From assembly GCF_006345805.1 (NCBI RefSeq), contig NC_043003.1, positions 101,370,001-101,434,000 on the forward strand: 64,000 nucleotides of DNA. The letters are read 5' to 3'. Numbering within the stretch: the stretch's first letter is position 1; every line of letters starts with the position of its first letter. The position numbers and the translations under genes were made by a program. Source of the stretch: Octopus sinensis. Lineage: Eukaryota. This document shows positions 48,894-61,960 of this stretch, in pieces. The notes beneath the pieces are model-generated. The model was not told the origin of the DNA and ran no database searches. It was given only the letters and a program-made list of their open reading frames with translations.

Positions 48894-49838
48894 CCCTAAC
48901 CCTAACCCTAACCCTAACCCTAACCCTAACCCTAACCCTAACCCTAAACCTAACCCTAACCCTAACCCTAACCCTAAACCTAACCCTAACCTTAACTCTA
49001 ACCCTAACCCTAACCCTAACCATAACCCTAACGCTAAACCCTAACCCTAACCCTAACCCTACCCTAACCTAACCCTAACCCTAACCCTAACCCTAACCCT
49101 AACCCTAACCCTAACCCCAACCCTAACCCTAACCCTAACCCCAACCCTAAACCTAACCGTAACCCTAACCCAATCCTAACACTAACCCTCACCCTTACCC
49201 TAACCCTAACCCTAACCCTAACCCTAAGCCTAGCCCTAGACCTAGCCCTATCCCTAGACCTAGCCCTAGCTCTAGCCCTAACCATAACCCTAGCCCTAGC
49301 TCTAACCCAAATCCTAACCCTAACCCTAACCCTAACCCTAACCCTAAGCCTAGCCCTAGCCCTAGCCCTAGCCCTAGCCCTAACCCTAACCCTAAGCCTA
49401 AGCCTCACCCTAAACCCGAAGCCTAACCCTAACCCTAATCCCAACCTTAACCCTAACCCTAACCCTAGCCCTAGCCGTAGCCCTAGCCCTAATCCTAACC
49501 CTAGCCCTAGCCCTAACCCTAACCCTAACCCGAACCCTAACCCTAACCCTAACCCTAACCCAAACCCTAACCCTAACTTTTACCCTAAATCTAACCCTAA
49601 CCCTAAACCCTAAGCCTAACCCTAACCCTGACCCTAACCCCAACCGTAACCCGAACCCTAACCCTAACACTAGCCCTAGTTCTAGCCCGACCCCTAGTCC
49701 TAACCCTAACCCTAACCCTAACCCTAACCCTAACCCTAACCCTAGCCCTAACCCCAACCCTAACCCTAACCCCTAGCCCTAGCCCTAGCCCTAACGCAAA
49801 CCCTAACCCCAAACCCTGACCCTAACCCCAACCCTAAC
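40778..49838 (-). repeat. ~9-kb interstitial telomeric array: interleaved (TTAGGG)n and (CTAGGG)n blocks with higher-order repeats
   Basis: CCCTAA and CCCTAG hexamers on the plus strand. Rare landmark variants recur at fixed spacings (CACGGC at 44383, 44826, 47345; AGATCT at 45173, 47694; TATGCG at 43707, 46734). Confidence 0.98.
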
Positions 49839-49839
49839 T

Positions 49840-52400
49840 GAAAAATTATTTCTAGAGTTACTTCCCTAAAATTAGAAGCAAGAGAATGAGATTTTCTAAT
49901 TATCTCCCTTTTATACATAAATTTTTAACGTATGTAGATTTTCATACGTAGATAGGTTTTCAAACATAGGTTTCCATGCATACATAGATTTTCATACTAA
50001 CATAGATTTTCATACTAACATACATATTCATACATACATTTTCATACATACATAGATTTTGATACATAGATATACATACTTGCATATATTCATATATAAG
50101 AGATAACTAGAAAATTTACGTCTAGAGTTACTTCCCTTCAAGGTTACGAACGTATAATTAAGGGAAATAACTCTAGAAGTGATTTTCTAGTTTACTCCCT
50201 TTTATACATAGATTTTTCATACTTACATTTTTATACATACGTAGATTTTCATACATAAGTTTCCATGCATACATATATTTTAATACAAACATAGATTTTC
50301 ATACTAACATAGATTTCAATACATAGATTTTCATACGTAGATTTTCATACATAGATTTTTACATATACATAGATTTTCATACAAAGATTTTATACATACA
50401 TAGATTTTAGTACGTAGATTTTCATATATCAATTTTTATACATATGTGGATAGTCATACATAGATCTTTATGCATTTATACAATTACATACATAGATATT
50501 CATACATGCATCGATTTTCATACATACATCGTTATTATAAGTAGATTTTCAAAGAGATTTTTATACATACATCGATCTTCACACATAATGTATCTAACCC
50601 TAACCCTAAACCTGACCCTCATTCTCACACTATCTCTACCCTAATCCTAACCCTAACCCCAACCCTAACTGAAAATTTTTTGTAGAGTTACTTCCCTAAA
50701 ATTAGAAGCAAGGGAATGAGATTTTCTAATTATCTCCCTTTTATACATAAATTTTTAACGTATGTAGATTTTCATACGTAGATAGGTTTTCAAACATAGG
50801 TTTCCATGCATACATAGATTTTCATACTAACATAGATTTTCATACTAACATACATATTCATACATACATTTTCATACATACATAGATTTTAATACATAGA
50901 TATACATACATGCATATATATGAATAAGAAATAACTAGAAAATTTACGTCTAGAGTTACTTCCCTTCAAGGTTACGAACGTATAAGTAAGGGAATTTTCT
51001 AGTTTACTCCCTTTTATACATAGATTTTTCATACTTACATTTTTATACATACGTCGATTTTCATACATAAGTTTCCATGCATACATATATTTTAATACAA
51101 ACATAGATTTTTATACTAACATAGATTTCAATACATAGATTTTCATACGTAGATTTTCATACATAGATTTTTACATATACATAGATTTTCATACAAAGAT
51201 TTTATACATACATAGATTTTAGTACGTAGATTTTCATATATCAATTTTTATACATATGTGGATTGTCATACATAGATCTTTATGCATTTATACAATTACA
51301 TACATAGATTTTCATACATGCATCGATTTTCATACATACATCGTTATTATAAGTAGATTTTCAAAGAGATTTTTATACATACATCGATCTTCACACATAA
51401 TGTATCTAACCCTAACCCTAAACCTGACCCTCATTCTCACACTATCTCTACCGTAATCCTATCCTAAACCTAACCTTAACCCTTACCTTAAATATACGAA
51501 TACAACATATGTACGCCAAATAATAATACGATTATATTGAAGAGATTACATAGGTTTTCATACATAGATTTCCATATATAGAATACGTAGGTATTCATAA
51601 ATACATAGACTTTCACCCATAGATTTTAATACATACATAGATTTTCAGACAGAATTTTATACATTTATTTTATACATAGATTTTAATGGAATGATTTTCA
51701 TATATAGATTTTAATACATACATATACATATATATAGATTTTATTACATACATATACATACATATTTTGATACATAAATAGATTTTCATACATAGAATTT
51801 AATACATACATAGATTTTTATACATAGACTTTTGTACATACATAAATCTCCATACATAGATACTCACATAGATTTTTACATATACATAGATTTTCATACA
51901 AAGATTTTATACATACATAGATTTTAGTACATATATAGATTTTCACACATACATTGATTTTCATACATAAATATTTATACATACATAGATTTTCATACAT
52001 ATATAGATTTTCGTACATAGATTTTCATACGTTGACTCTCATACATAAATTTTCGTACATACATAGATTTTCATACATAAATAGATTTTGAAACAGATTT
52101 TCATGCATACATGGATTTTTATACATACTTTGATACATACAAAGATTTTCATACACATAGATTTTTATACATATATAGATTTTCATAAATACATAGATTT
52201 TTAACATACATGGATTTTCATACGTAGATTTTGATACACACATAGATTGTCATATATATATTTTCACACACATTGATTTTCATATATACATAGATTTTCA
52301 TACAAAGATTTTCATAGATTTCCGTACGTTGATTTTCATTCACTCATAGATTTTATAGATTTCTATACAAACAAACCTTCATACATAAACTTTCATACAA
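49840..52400 (+). repeat. ~14-bp satellite (CATACATAGATTTT)n with short telomeric islets; ~830-bp tandem duplication 49830-51480
   Basis: The motif recurs densely, and AACCCTAACTGAAAA...TAGAGTTACTTCCCTAAAATTAGAAGC occurs at about 49832 and 50662. Confidence 0.9.
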
Positions 52401-52642
52401 AAATTTTCGTTTACCTAGTTCAATACAGCAAAGCTGAATTCTAAAGCTGAATTCTGGACCTTGCATGACGCGATGCATTGTACTTTTAAAAGAAGAAATC
52501 CTATATCGTAGATATGTATAACTACCAAAGGAGGCAGATAAGATCTGCCTTTTATAATGAAATATACATATATATACATATATCCAATAAGCATGGCGAC
52601 ACTAGTATCCGCCATTTTGGAAACACTGTAAGTTCACCTTTA

Positions 52643-53490
52643 CTAGCAGTATCGCCAGGCGTTGCTCGGGTTTGTAAGGGAAATAACTATATAAGCATTT
52701 TTAGAGAGTTATAGCCAAAAATTAGCAAAAAATGCATTAAAAATGGAAAAAATATGATGGTAAATTATTTTTTAAATCGTTGACTCATTGTAGACATTTT
52801 TTTAGAGAGTTACTTCCCTTATATAATAGCGAAAAAATGCATTAAAATGGAAAAAAACGATGGTAAAATCTTTTTAAATCGTAGATCTATGTAAACGTTT
52901 TCTTAAACGTTTATGTAAACGTTTTCAAGCCATGAAGTCGCAGTTCTAAAAAAACGCTGGTCTCCTTGACAACGCATTACGACGTTGATTTCCTTCCCCA
53001 CAGGTGCAGGTGTGAGCGTTGACGCCAACTCCGCCGCCATCGACACACGAAAAATTATGCATTAAATGGAATAAAAAATTGTTAAATTATTTTTAAAGTC
53101 GTAAACTTATCGTAGACGCGCGCTAATAGACGCGCTAATATGAATCACGACTATAAGCTACCCGAATTTGGTTAAACTGCACCGCAAAATGTGGGAGTAG
53201 TTGGAATCTACTCACACAACTACAGTTTTATATATATAGATATACATAGCGCAGTAGTGGTGAGATGTGACAGCAAAGAAAAGCCTACATTCACTCTCTG
53301 CATGCAATTAGACTCGGAAAGTTCGTGAGGAACCCATTGACCCAATTTGCTGACTTTTCCGATAGCACACAGGTCTCAATGAATGCTAGGTCCTCAACAG
53401 TTACGATGAGATTTTGTTCCACCAGGGATTTCAGGCTGTCCTTGTCGAGTTCTACAGATCTTTTAGGATGAGGCTCGTCTTGTAGGCTGT
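52643..53490 (-). mobile_element. Paralogous block: non-autonomous Helitron (52643-53240) plus mariner fragment
   Basis: Same element and same flanking junction as 38378-39330. Confidence 0.9.
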
Positions 53491-53759
53491 TCCAATATAT
53501 CTTTGAAAAAAATAGCTGTTAAAATCGAAATGCACTCTTGAAAACTTGCACTCTGAAAAAGTAAAAGATAAAATTACTACCTGCTTTTATAGCAAGTTAA
53601 TATAAGCAGTTTATCCCATTCCCCTCTGATATTTAGTTCAAGCTGTACTCTTAAAAATGTTAGGTAAATTGAAATTGAAGAAATCCTATACTGTAGATTT
53701 GTATAACTCCCAATGGGAGGCAGATAAAATCTGCCTTTTATAATGAGAGATATAAAATC

Positions 53760-54620
53760 GAAAAATGAAAATCTATATATGTACGAAAATCTATGTTTGT
53801 ATAAAAATCTTTGTATGCAAATCCATGTAAATATAAAATTCCTCTTTAGAAAATCTGTTTTGACTATTTATGCATGAAAAAATATGAATGAAAATCCATA
53901 TATGAAAATCTATGAATATATAAAAATCTATATAGAAAAATTTATGTACGCAGATAAATATATATAAATCTGTCTGAAAATCAATATATTTATGGAGACC
54001 TTTGTTTGAAAATACGTATGAAAATGTATAAATGAAAATCTATGTACAAAAAATCTTTATATAAAAATCTTTATAGGTAAATCTATGTATTAAAATCTAT
54101 GGATGAAAATCTGTGTATCAAATATATGTATAATATATGTTTCTGTATCTATGCATTAAAATCTATGAATGTATGAAAATCCATGTACGATAATTTGCGT
54201 ATGAATATCTATATACTTATGAAAAATTTATGTAGTAAAATATGTATGAAAATCTGTTTCAAATTCTGGAAAGGCGTAAGGAAGTTCCCTGAAGCACATG
54301 AAGAAGAAATTCTATAGCGTTCCTCAATAGCGTTGAGACACGGCGAGAAAAGAAAGGACGTGTGATCAGCTCATTCCCCTGTCCCAAACGTAGATTTCGA
54401 ACATACATTTTCATATAAAGATTTTCATACACACACATTTTTACACATGAAGGGATTTTCGAACAATCATAGATTTTCATACATAGATTTTCATACACAA
54501 ATTTTATACATACATAGATTTTCAAATATACATTGAGTTTTGTACGAAAATGGATTTTTTTTATATGTAGATTTTCATACAAAGCTTTTCATATAAACAT
54601 GGATTTCCTTATATACATAA
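53760..54620. repeat. 14-bp satellite in inverted then direct orientation
   Basis: AAAATCTATGTATG-type repeats to about 54260, then CATAGATTTTCATA-type repeats. Confidence 0.8.
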
Positions 54621-54629
54621 CTCTACGTA

Positions 54630-55920
54630 ACTATGGTAATCTTTGTAGTGACTTCTTCTTGGGTGAGTTGTATCCAATGATGGGTGGCTTCTTCGAAGGA
54701 ATCTATCCAGACTGTTTAAAGTTGATGGGATCCTTTTCTTCTTTGACATTTCTCAGGACAAGTGTAAATATATGTTGTGATCTTCAATTTGGCAGGGGAC
54801 AAGTCTGTGGTCCAAGTCTCGGATGGACCTTGAAGCTAAATCGTTTGGGTAAAGTAGGCTGTATATTTTCCACATCGTACAAATGATGTACCGCTCACGG
54901 CGATGCTGGAGGCGTTCGTGACTTTTGCTGCGTTTGAGTGGACTCTATCAACTACATGTTCTACACTGGATTAAGTATTAAATACTTAATCCACTGTAAA
55001 ACTTTTCCACGGATTCCAAAATTTGCTAAATTCGAGAGTAGGTCTACACTGTCGAACGCTTTACTGACGTCAGAGTTCGATCCTGTTCCCAAGGCTTTGA
55101 GTACATCTTTAATGTGGTGTAAGAACTGTGTTAGATAGTCCCTGCGACAGCGAAAGCCATGCTGATTTCAATTTAGTAGTTTGTGGGTCTCGAGGATGTG
55201 AGCTATCCTTGATCTTAACAATCTTTCAAACACTTTAATGATGTGGGAGGTGAGTGAGATTGGGCGATAGTTGACTGCGAGGGATCTGTTTCCCTGTTTG
55301 AAAACCGGGATGACCGACTGGGATAGAAACTGTTTCGGCATATAACCTGCGTCTAACGAGGTTGGTCAGAGGGACTGCAAATTGATATCTACATTCCTTC
55401 AGGAGTCTAGCGGGAAATCTAGCAGAGTAATGTTTGATCTCATTTATTGCTGCTACGATGTCGGTGGCAGTGAAGGTTATGTCTGCGATTTTGTGTTAGG
55501 AGTCAACTTCTTTCGTTTCCTTCACGTCAATATTAGTGGAACACTGAAGACAGAGCAGTATTGTTTCTGCAGTATTTCTGCCATTTCTTTAGCATCGTAT
55601 TGGGGAAAGCCGTTATCATCAATCAATGGCCCAATGAATTAGACAGTGGTTCTATGCTTATTTGCACAAGTATAGAACATTTTTGGGTTCTGTTTGATGT
55701 TTTTGATTACCCCAGCACTTTGATTTTCAATGTAGGTTTTCCGAGGTTTTCAGCTCTAATGTTTTCATTGCTGTTCAATGTGCATGTGTGTGTGAATATT
55801 TTAATTGGTTGGCGCCTGATGAGTGTTTTTTTTCTTTTTAGGGAGCCGGTTTCTGTTTGTGTTAGTAGATTTGTTGGGAGCAAACATATTTGTATACAGC
55901 AAATGTTGGAATCCAATACT
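54630..55920 (-). mobile_element. CR1/L2-group LINE remnant, internally deleted
   Basis: Minus-strand SVIPVFKQGNRSLAVNYRPISLTSHIIKVFER...NQHGFR...DVSKAFDSVD, and 3' RRERYIICTMWKI...LDRFL. Confidence 0.85.
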
Positions 55921-55974
55921 ATATTTGTATGGCTGTGTGGTAAGTAGCTTGCTCACCAACCACATAGATTTTAA

Positions 55975-57120
55975 AACATAGATTTCCTCTACATATATTT
56001 TCATACATACATATATTTTCATACGTTCACTTTCATACATAAATTTTCGTACATACATCAATTTTCATACATAACAAAATTTTCAAACATAGAATTTCAT
56101 GCATACATGGATTTTTATACATACATACTTTGATACATAATTAGATTTTCAAACATAGAATTTCATACATACATAGATTTATTACATATATAGATTTTCA
56201 TACATACCTAGATTTTTATACATATTTAGATTTTCATAACTCCATAGATTTTTAACATACATCGATTTTCATACGTAGATTTTGATACACACATAGATTG
56301 TCATATATATTTTCATACATACATTGATTTTCATATATACATAGATTTTCATACAAAGATTTTCATACATCGATATTCATACATACATAGATTTTCATAC
56401 TTAGATTTCCGTACATACATAGATATTATTACATAGATTTTTATTCATTCATAGATTTCCATACAAACATGATCTTTGATACATAAATTTTCGTACTTTT
56501 TCATGCATAGATTTTATGCATAGATTTTTATATATCAATTTTTATACATATGTTGATTTTCACACAGATTTTCACGCATTTAGATACATGGATTTTCACA
56601 CATAAACCTAAACCTAGCGCTAACCCTAAACCTAAAGCGAAGCCTGAGCCTGATACTAACCCTTACCGAAACCCTAACCCTAAACACTAAACAATGACCC
56701 TGACCCTGACCTTAACCCTAACACTAACACTAACAGTAAAATAAGGTATTTTACCCTAACCCTAACCCTAACCCTAACTATAGCCATAGCACTAGCCCTA
56801 ACACTAACCCTAGCCATAGCCCTAACTCGAACCCTACTTACATTTTTATACAAACAGATTTTCATACTTAAATAGATTTTCATACATAAGTTTCCATATT
56901 TAAGTACAAACATAGATTTTCATACTTACATACATTTCCATACATAGGTTATCATACGTAGGTTTTCATACATAAATTTTCGTACATAAACTTTTAAACA
57001 TCCAAACATTTTCATACATAGATTTTCAATTTTTATACATAGATCTTTATGCATTCATACATTTACATACATATATTTTCATACATGCATCGATTTTCAT
57101 ACATACATTGTTATCATAAG
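55975..57120 (+). repeat. 14-bp satellite with degenerate CCCTAA/CCCTAG islet (about 56600-56835)
   Basis: Visible directly. Confidence 0.85.
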
Positions 57121-57141
57121 TAAATTTTCAAAGAGATTTTT

Positions 57142-57714
57142 ATGCAGATACTAAAGGAGAATTCTCAAGTGGATTCCCGTCTCACTATTTGAGCTGCATC
57201 ACTTTTAAGTTAGTTAAAATGGAACTAGCATCAGTTTCTGTTTTAGCACATCCTCCTCCTTTCTGCAGCGCTAATTGCAGCACTAATATATGTATACATT
57301 AGAATGGGATGGCACTATGAGAACCTTTGACCACGGTACTACAAAATCAACACCTCAAACAAACGCGTGCCTAATTGTCGCATATTGGACATTAAAGGAC
57401 ACAACTTGAACAAAGCTTCATAAACCGGTGTGTGGACAAGTTGTGTCCTTTAATGTCCAATATGCGACAATTAGGCACGCGTTTGTTTGAGGTGTTGATT
57501 TTGTAGTACCGTGGTCAAAGGTTCTCATAGTGCCATCCCATTCTAATGTATACATATATTAGTTAGTGCTGCAATTAGCGCTGCAGAAAGGAGCAGGATG
57601 TGCTAAAACAGAACCTGATTCTAGTTACATTTTAACTAACTTAATGTCAGAAAGTGATGCAGCTTAAATAGTGAGACGGGAATCCACTTGAGAATTTTCC
57701 TTTAGTATCTGCAT
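57142..57714. repeat. Long palindrome, ~270-bp arms, 28-bp spacer
   Basis: Arms 57142-57408 and 57437-57714 are reverse complements with few differences. Confidence 0.92.
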
Positions 57715-57939
57715 TAAAGGAAACTTGTCCGCAAACATTGATTATGATACATATATTTTTATACATATAACTTTCATACATACAAACATAAATTTCCGTA
57801 CGTATATAGATTTTAATACATACATAGAGTTTCTTACATACATTTATAGATTTTCATACATGTTTCCTTTAATGCAGATGCTAAAGGAAAATTCTAAAAT
57901 GGATTCTTGTCTCACTATTTAAGCTGCAGCACTTTCTGA

Positions 57940-58070
57940 GTTAGTTAAAAAAGAACTAGCAACTGCATCTGTTTTAGCACATCCGGCTCCTGATGCTACA
58001 CTTAATTTATATGCATCAGATTATGTAGTTAGCGCTGTCTTGCAGAAGAAAGTAGATGGTGAAACTAAAT
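57940..58070 (+). pseudogene. Gypsy RT-RNase H connection remnant (second copy about 62505-62625)
   Basis: KELATASVLAHPAPDATLNLYASDYVVSAVLQKKVDG resembles LAHP...L-x-TDAS-x-x-A-V-G-A-V-L-Q. Confidence 0.75.
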
Positions 58071-58612
58071 TTAAGGCCGCGTTTTGTGCCGCACCGAATT
58101 GACAGTCATGGACTAAATTTCTTGTTATCATCCTCCGATTAAAGCAAACCTTTAGGTAGCACACTGGCATTAATTTAAAGTTTTATGTTGCTCGAACTCA
58201 GATATTTTTTTGCCATCGAAACCAAAATCCTTCTAATGCTCCATCAGGTCTTGTTTCTTAGCCGCATGTTTTTGTTCGTGAATATTCTGTCCCCGCACTC
58301 CGAAGTTATTCAAACTTGATGTTAACAATTATTCCGAGATCTTTTTTTGACTGCACTGCCACAACCGTCCTTGAACCATCACATGCACCTTCCTCGACTA
58401 AATCTTGTTACGAGATCGTTTTGGTTATTTGGTATATAACTTGCAATCTAAAGCCACAAGGAAGAGCATTTGTAGTCACGTGTTTTGTTGTGCGTACAAG
58501 CATCGTCATTCTTCAGTGTGCGTGTGCGAGGTTTGAATCTTGTGGAAAGGCATAAGGAAGTTCCCTCATGCACATGAAGAAGGGAGGCAGATAAAATCTG
58601 CCTTTTATAATG

Positions 58613-58616
<4 letters not shown>

Positions 58617-58643
<27 letters not shown>

Positions 58644-58716
58644 CATATATTATAGACATATATATATATATATACATGTATATATATACATATATTATAG
58701 ACATATATATATATCC

Positions 58717-58749
<33 letters not shown>

Positions 58750-58770
58750 CATACATATATATATATATAT

Positions 58771-58824
<54 letters not shown>

Positions 58825-59120
58825 TTGTAGTCACGTGTTTTGTTGTGCGTACAAGCATCGTCATTCTTCAGTGTGCGTGTGCGAGGTTTGAATCTTGTGG
58901 AAGGCATAAGGAAATTCCCTCATGCACATGAAGAAGGGAGGCAGATAAAATCTGCCTTTTATAATGAGATATATATAAATATATATATATATATACATAT
59001 TATAGACATATATATATATATTACATGTATATATATACATATATTATAGACATATATATATATCCATATATATATATATACATACATATATATATACATC
59101 CATATATATATATTATATAT

Positions 59121-59163
<43 letters not shown>

Positions 59164-59170
59164 TATATAA
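58617..59170. repeat. (TA)-rich microsatellites within a local ~360-bp tandem duplication
   Basis: CATTTGTAGTCACGTG...GGCAGATAAAATCTGCC occurs at about 58467 and 58821. Confidence 0.8.
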
Positions 59171-59681
59171 AATCGAATAATAAAAATCTATATATGTACG
59201 AAAATCTTTGTATGCAAAGCCATGTAAATATAAAATTCATCTTTAGAAAATCGGTTTTGAATATTTATGCATGAAAAAATATGCATGAAAATCCCTATAT
59301 GAAAATCTATGAATATATAAAAATCTACATACAAAAATTTACGTACGCAGATAGAAAATCAATACATTTATGGAAACCTCTGTTTGAAAAGACGTATGAA
59401 AATGTATAAATGAAAATCTATGTACAAAAAAAATCTTTATATAAAAATCTTCATAAGAAAATCTATGTATTAAAATCTATGGATGAAAATCTATGTATAA
59501 AATATATGTATAATATATGTTTCTGTATAAAATCTATGAATGTATGAAAATCCGTGTACATAGATTTTCAACTATACATAGAGTTTTGTACGAAAATGGA
59601 TTTTTTTTATATATGTAGATTTTCATACAAAGATTTTCATATAAACATGGAATTCCTTATATACATAACTCTACGTAACTA

Positions 59682-60990
59682 TGGTAATCTTTGTAGTGAC
59701 TTCTTCTTGGGTGAGTTGTATCCAATGATGGGTAGCTTGTCTGGTATTCTTTGAAGGAATCTATCCAGACTGTTTAAAGTTGATGGGATCCTTTTCTTCT
59801 TTGACATTTCTCGGGACAAGTGTCAATTTGGCAGAAGACAAGTCCGTGGTCCAAGTCTTGGATGGACCTTGAAGCTAATGTTTAAATCGTTTGGGTAAAG
59901 TAGGCAGTATATTTTCCACATCGTACAAATGATGTACCGCTCACGGCGACGCTCGAGGTGCTCGTGACTTTTGCTGGGTTTGAGTGGACTCCATCAACTA
60001 CATGTTCTACACTGGATTTAATACTTAATCCAGTGTAGAACATGTAGTTGATGGAGTCCACTCAAACCCAGCAAATACTTAATCGAGTGTAGAACTTTTC
60101 CACGGATTACAACATTTGCTAATTTGGAGAGTAGGATGTCATGGGTCTACCCTGTCGAACGCTTTACTGACGTGAGAGTTCGATTTGTTCCCAAGTACAT
60201 CTTTAATGTAGTGTAAGAAGTGTGTTAGATAGTCCCTGTGACAGCGAAAGCCTTGCTGATTTGAATTTAGGAGTTTGTGGGTCTCGAGGATGTGAGCTAT
60301 CCTTGATCTTAACACTCTTTCAAACACTCTAATGATGTGTGAGGTGAGTGAGATTGGGCGATAGTTGACTGCGAGGGAACTGTTTCCCTGTTTGAAAACC
60401 GGGATGACCGACTGGTATAGAAACTGTTTCGGTATATAACCTGCGTCTAACGAGGTTGGTCAGAGGGACTGCAAACTGATATCTACATACCTTCAGGAGA
60501 CTAGCGGGAAATCTAGCAGAGTAATGTTTGATCTCATTTATAGCTGCTACGATGTCGGTGGCAGTGAAGGTTATGTCTGCGATTTTGTGTTAGGAGTCAA
60601 CTTTTTTCGTTTCCTTCACGTCAATATCAGTGAAACACTAAAGACAGAGCAGTATTGTTTCTGCAGTATTTCTGCCATTTCTTTAGTATCGTGTTGGGGA
60701 AAGCCGTTATCATCAATCAATGGCCCAATGAATGAGACAAGTATAGAACATTTTTGGGTTCTGTTTGATGTTTTTGATTACCACAGCTCTTTGATTTTCA
60801 ATGGAGGTTTTCATCGAGGTTTTCAGCTCTAGACTTTTCATTGTTGTTCAATGTGGAATATTTTAATTGGTTGGCGCCTGATGAGTGTTTTTTTTCTTTT
60901 TAGGGAGCCGGTTTCTGTTTGTGTTAGTAGATTTGTTGGGAGCAAACATATTTGTATACAGCAAATGTTGGAATCCTATACTATATTTGT
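59682..60990 (-). mobile_element. Second copy of the CR1/L2-group remnant (segmental duplicate of 54630-55920)
   Basis: Collinear and with the same flanks (satellite on the left, SINE head on the right); offset about 5.05 kb. Confidence 0.88.
59970..60075. repeat. Palindrome with ~48-bp arms, present only in this LINE copy
   Basis: TTTGCTGGGTTTGAGTGGACTCCATCAACTACATGTTCTACACTGGATT and its reverse complement; absent at the paralogous 54930-55010. Confidence 0.9.
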
Positions 60991-61019
60991 ATGGCTGTGT
61001 GGTAAGTAGCTTGCGCACC

Positions 61020-61960
61020 AACCACATAGATTTTCATACATAACTTAGATTCCTCTACATATATTTTCATATATACATATATTTTCATACGTTGACTTTC
61101 ATACATAAATTTCCGTACATACATCAATTTTCATACATAATTACATTTTCAAACATAGAATTTCATGCATACATGGATTTTTATACTTACATAATTTGAT
61201 ATATACAAAGATTTTCATACATACATAGATTTTTACACATATAAAGATTTTCATACATACATAGATTTTTAATATACATCGATTTTCATACGTAGATTTT
61301 CATACACACATAGATTGTCATATATATATTTTCATACATATATTGATTTTCATACATCGATATTCATACATACATAGAATTTCATACTTAGATTTCCGTA
61401 CATACATAGATATTAATACATAGATTTTCATTCATTCATAGATTTCCATACAAACATAATCTTTCATACATAAATTTTCGTACTTTTTCAACATCCATAC
61501 ATGCATAGATTTCATGCATAGATTTTTATATATCAATTTTTATAGATATGTTGAATTTCACACAGATTTTCACGCATTTACATACATAGATTTTCATGCA
61601 TACATCGTTTTTATAAGTAGATTTTCAAAGAGATTTTTATACATACATCGATCTTCACACAAAAGGTATCTAACCTTAACCCTAAACCTGACCCAGACCC
61701 TGACACTAACTCTACCCTAATCCTAATTCTAACCTTAACCTTTACCTTCACCATGACCCTAAATATACGACTACAACATATGTACGCCGATTAATAAAAC
61801 GATGATATTGAAGAGATTACTGAAACTTTTCAGTAATCACTCTCTCAACCTTTACACTCGCTATAACCCTAACCCTAACTCTAACCTGTAATTTTATACA
61901 TATAATAATTTTCATATATAGATTTTCATATATAGAAATACTTTTAAACACATAAATTTT
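61020..61960 (+). repeat. 14-bp satellite plus telomeric islet and telomere-junction motif (about 61670-61830)
   Basis: Paralogous to 51000-51560. Confidence 0.85.

Noticed and set aside
40758-49812. Many long ORFs, including 769 aa (46735-49044) and 481 aa, encoding LT/LA, PN/PS, VR/AR and GL dipeptides
   Set aside because: These follow automatically from hexamer repeats lacking stops in some frames. There is no promoter, splice or domain evidence. Repeat translation of telomeric RNA is reported in mammals, but nothing here indicates it.
58070-58440. Duplicated GC-richer segment (also about 62640-62850) that looks like decayed coding DNA
   Set aside because: All frames are interrupted, and I recognise no motif that assigns it to a family.
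58471-58520. Minus-strand CTGAAGA...AAAACACGTGAC resembling a hammerhead (duplicated at about 58826-58875)
   Set aside because: G12 and U16.1 are missing, and no stem I or stem II pairing can be drawn.
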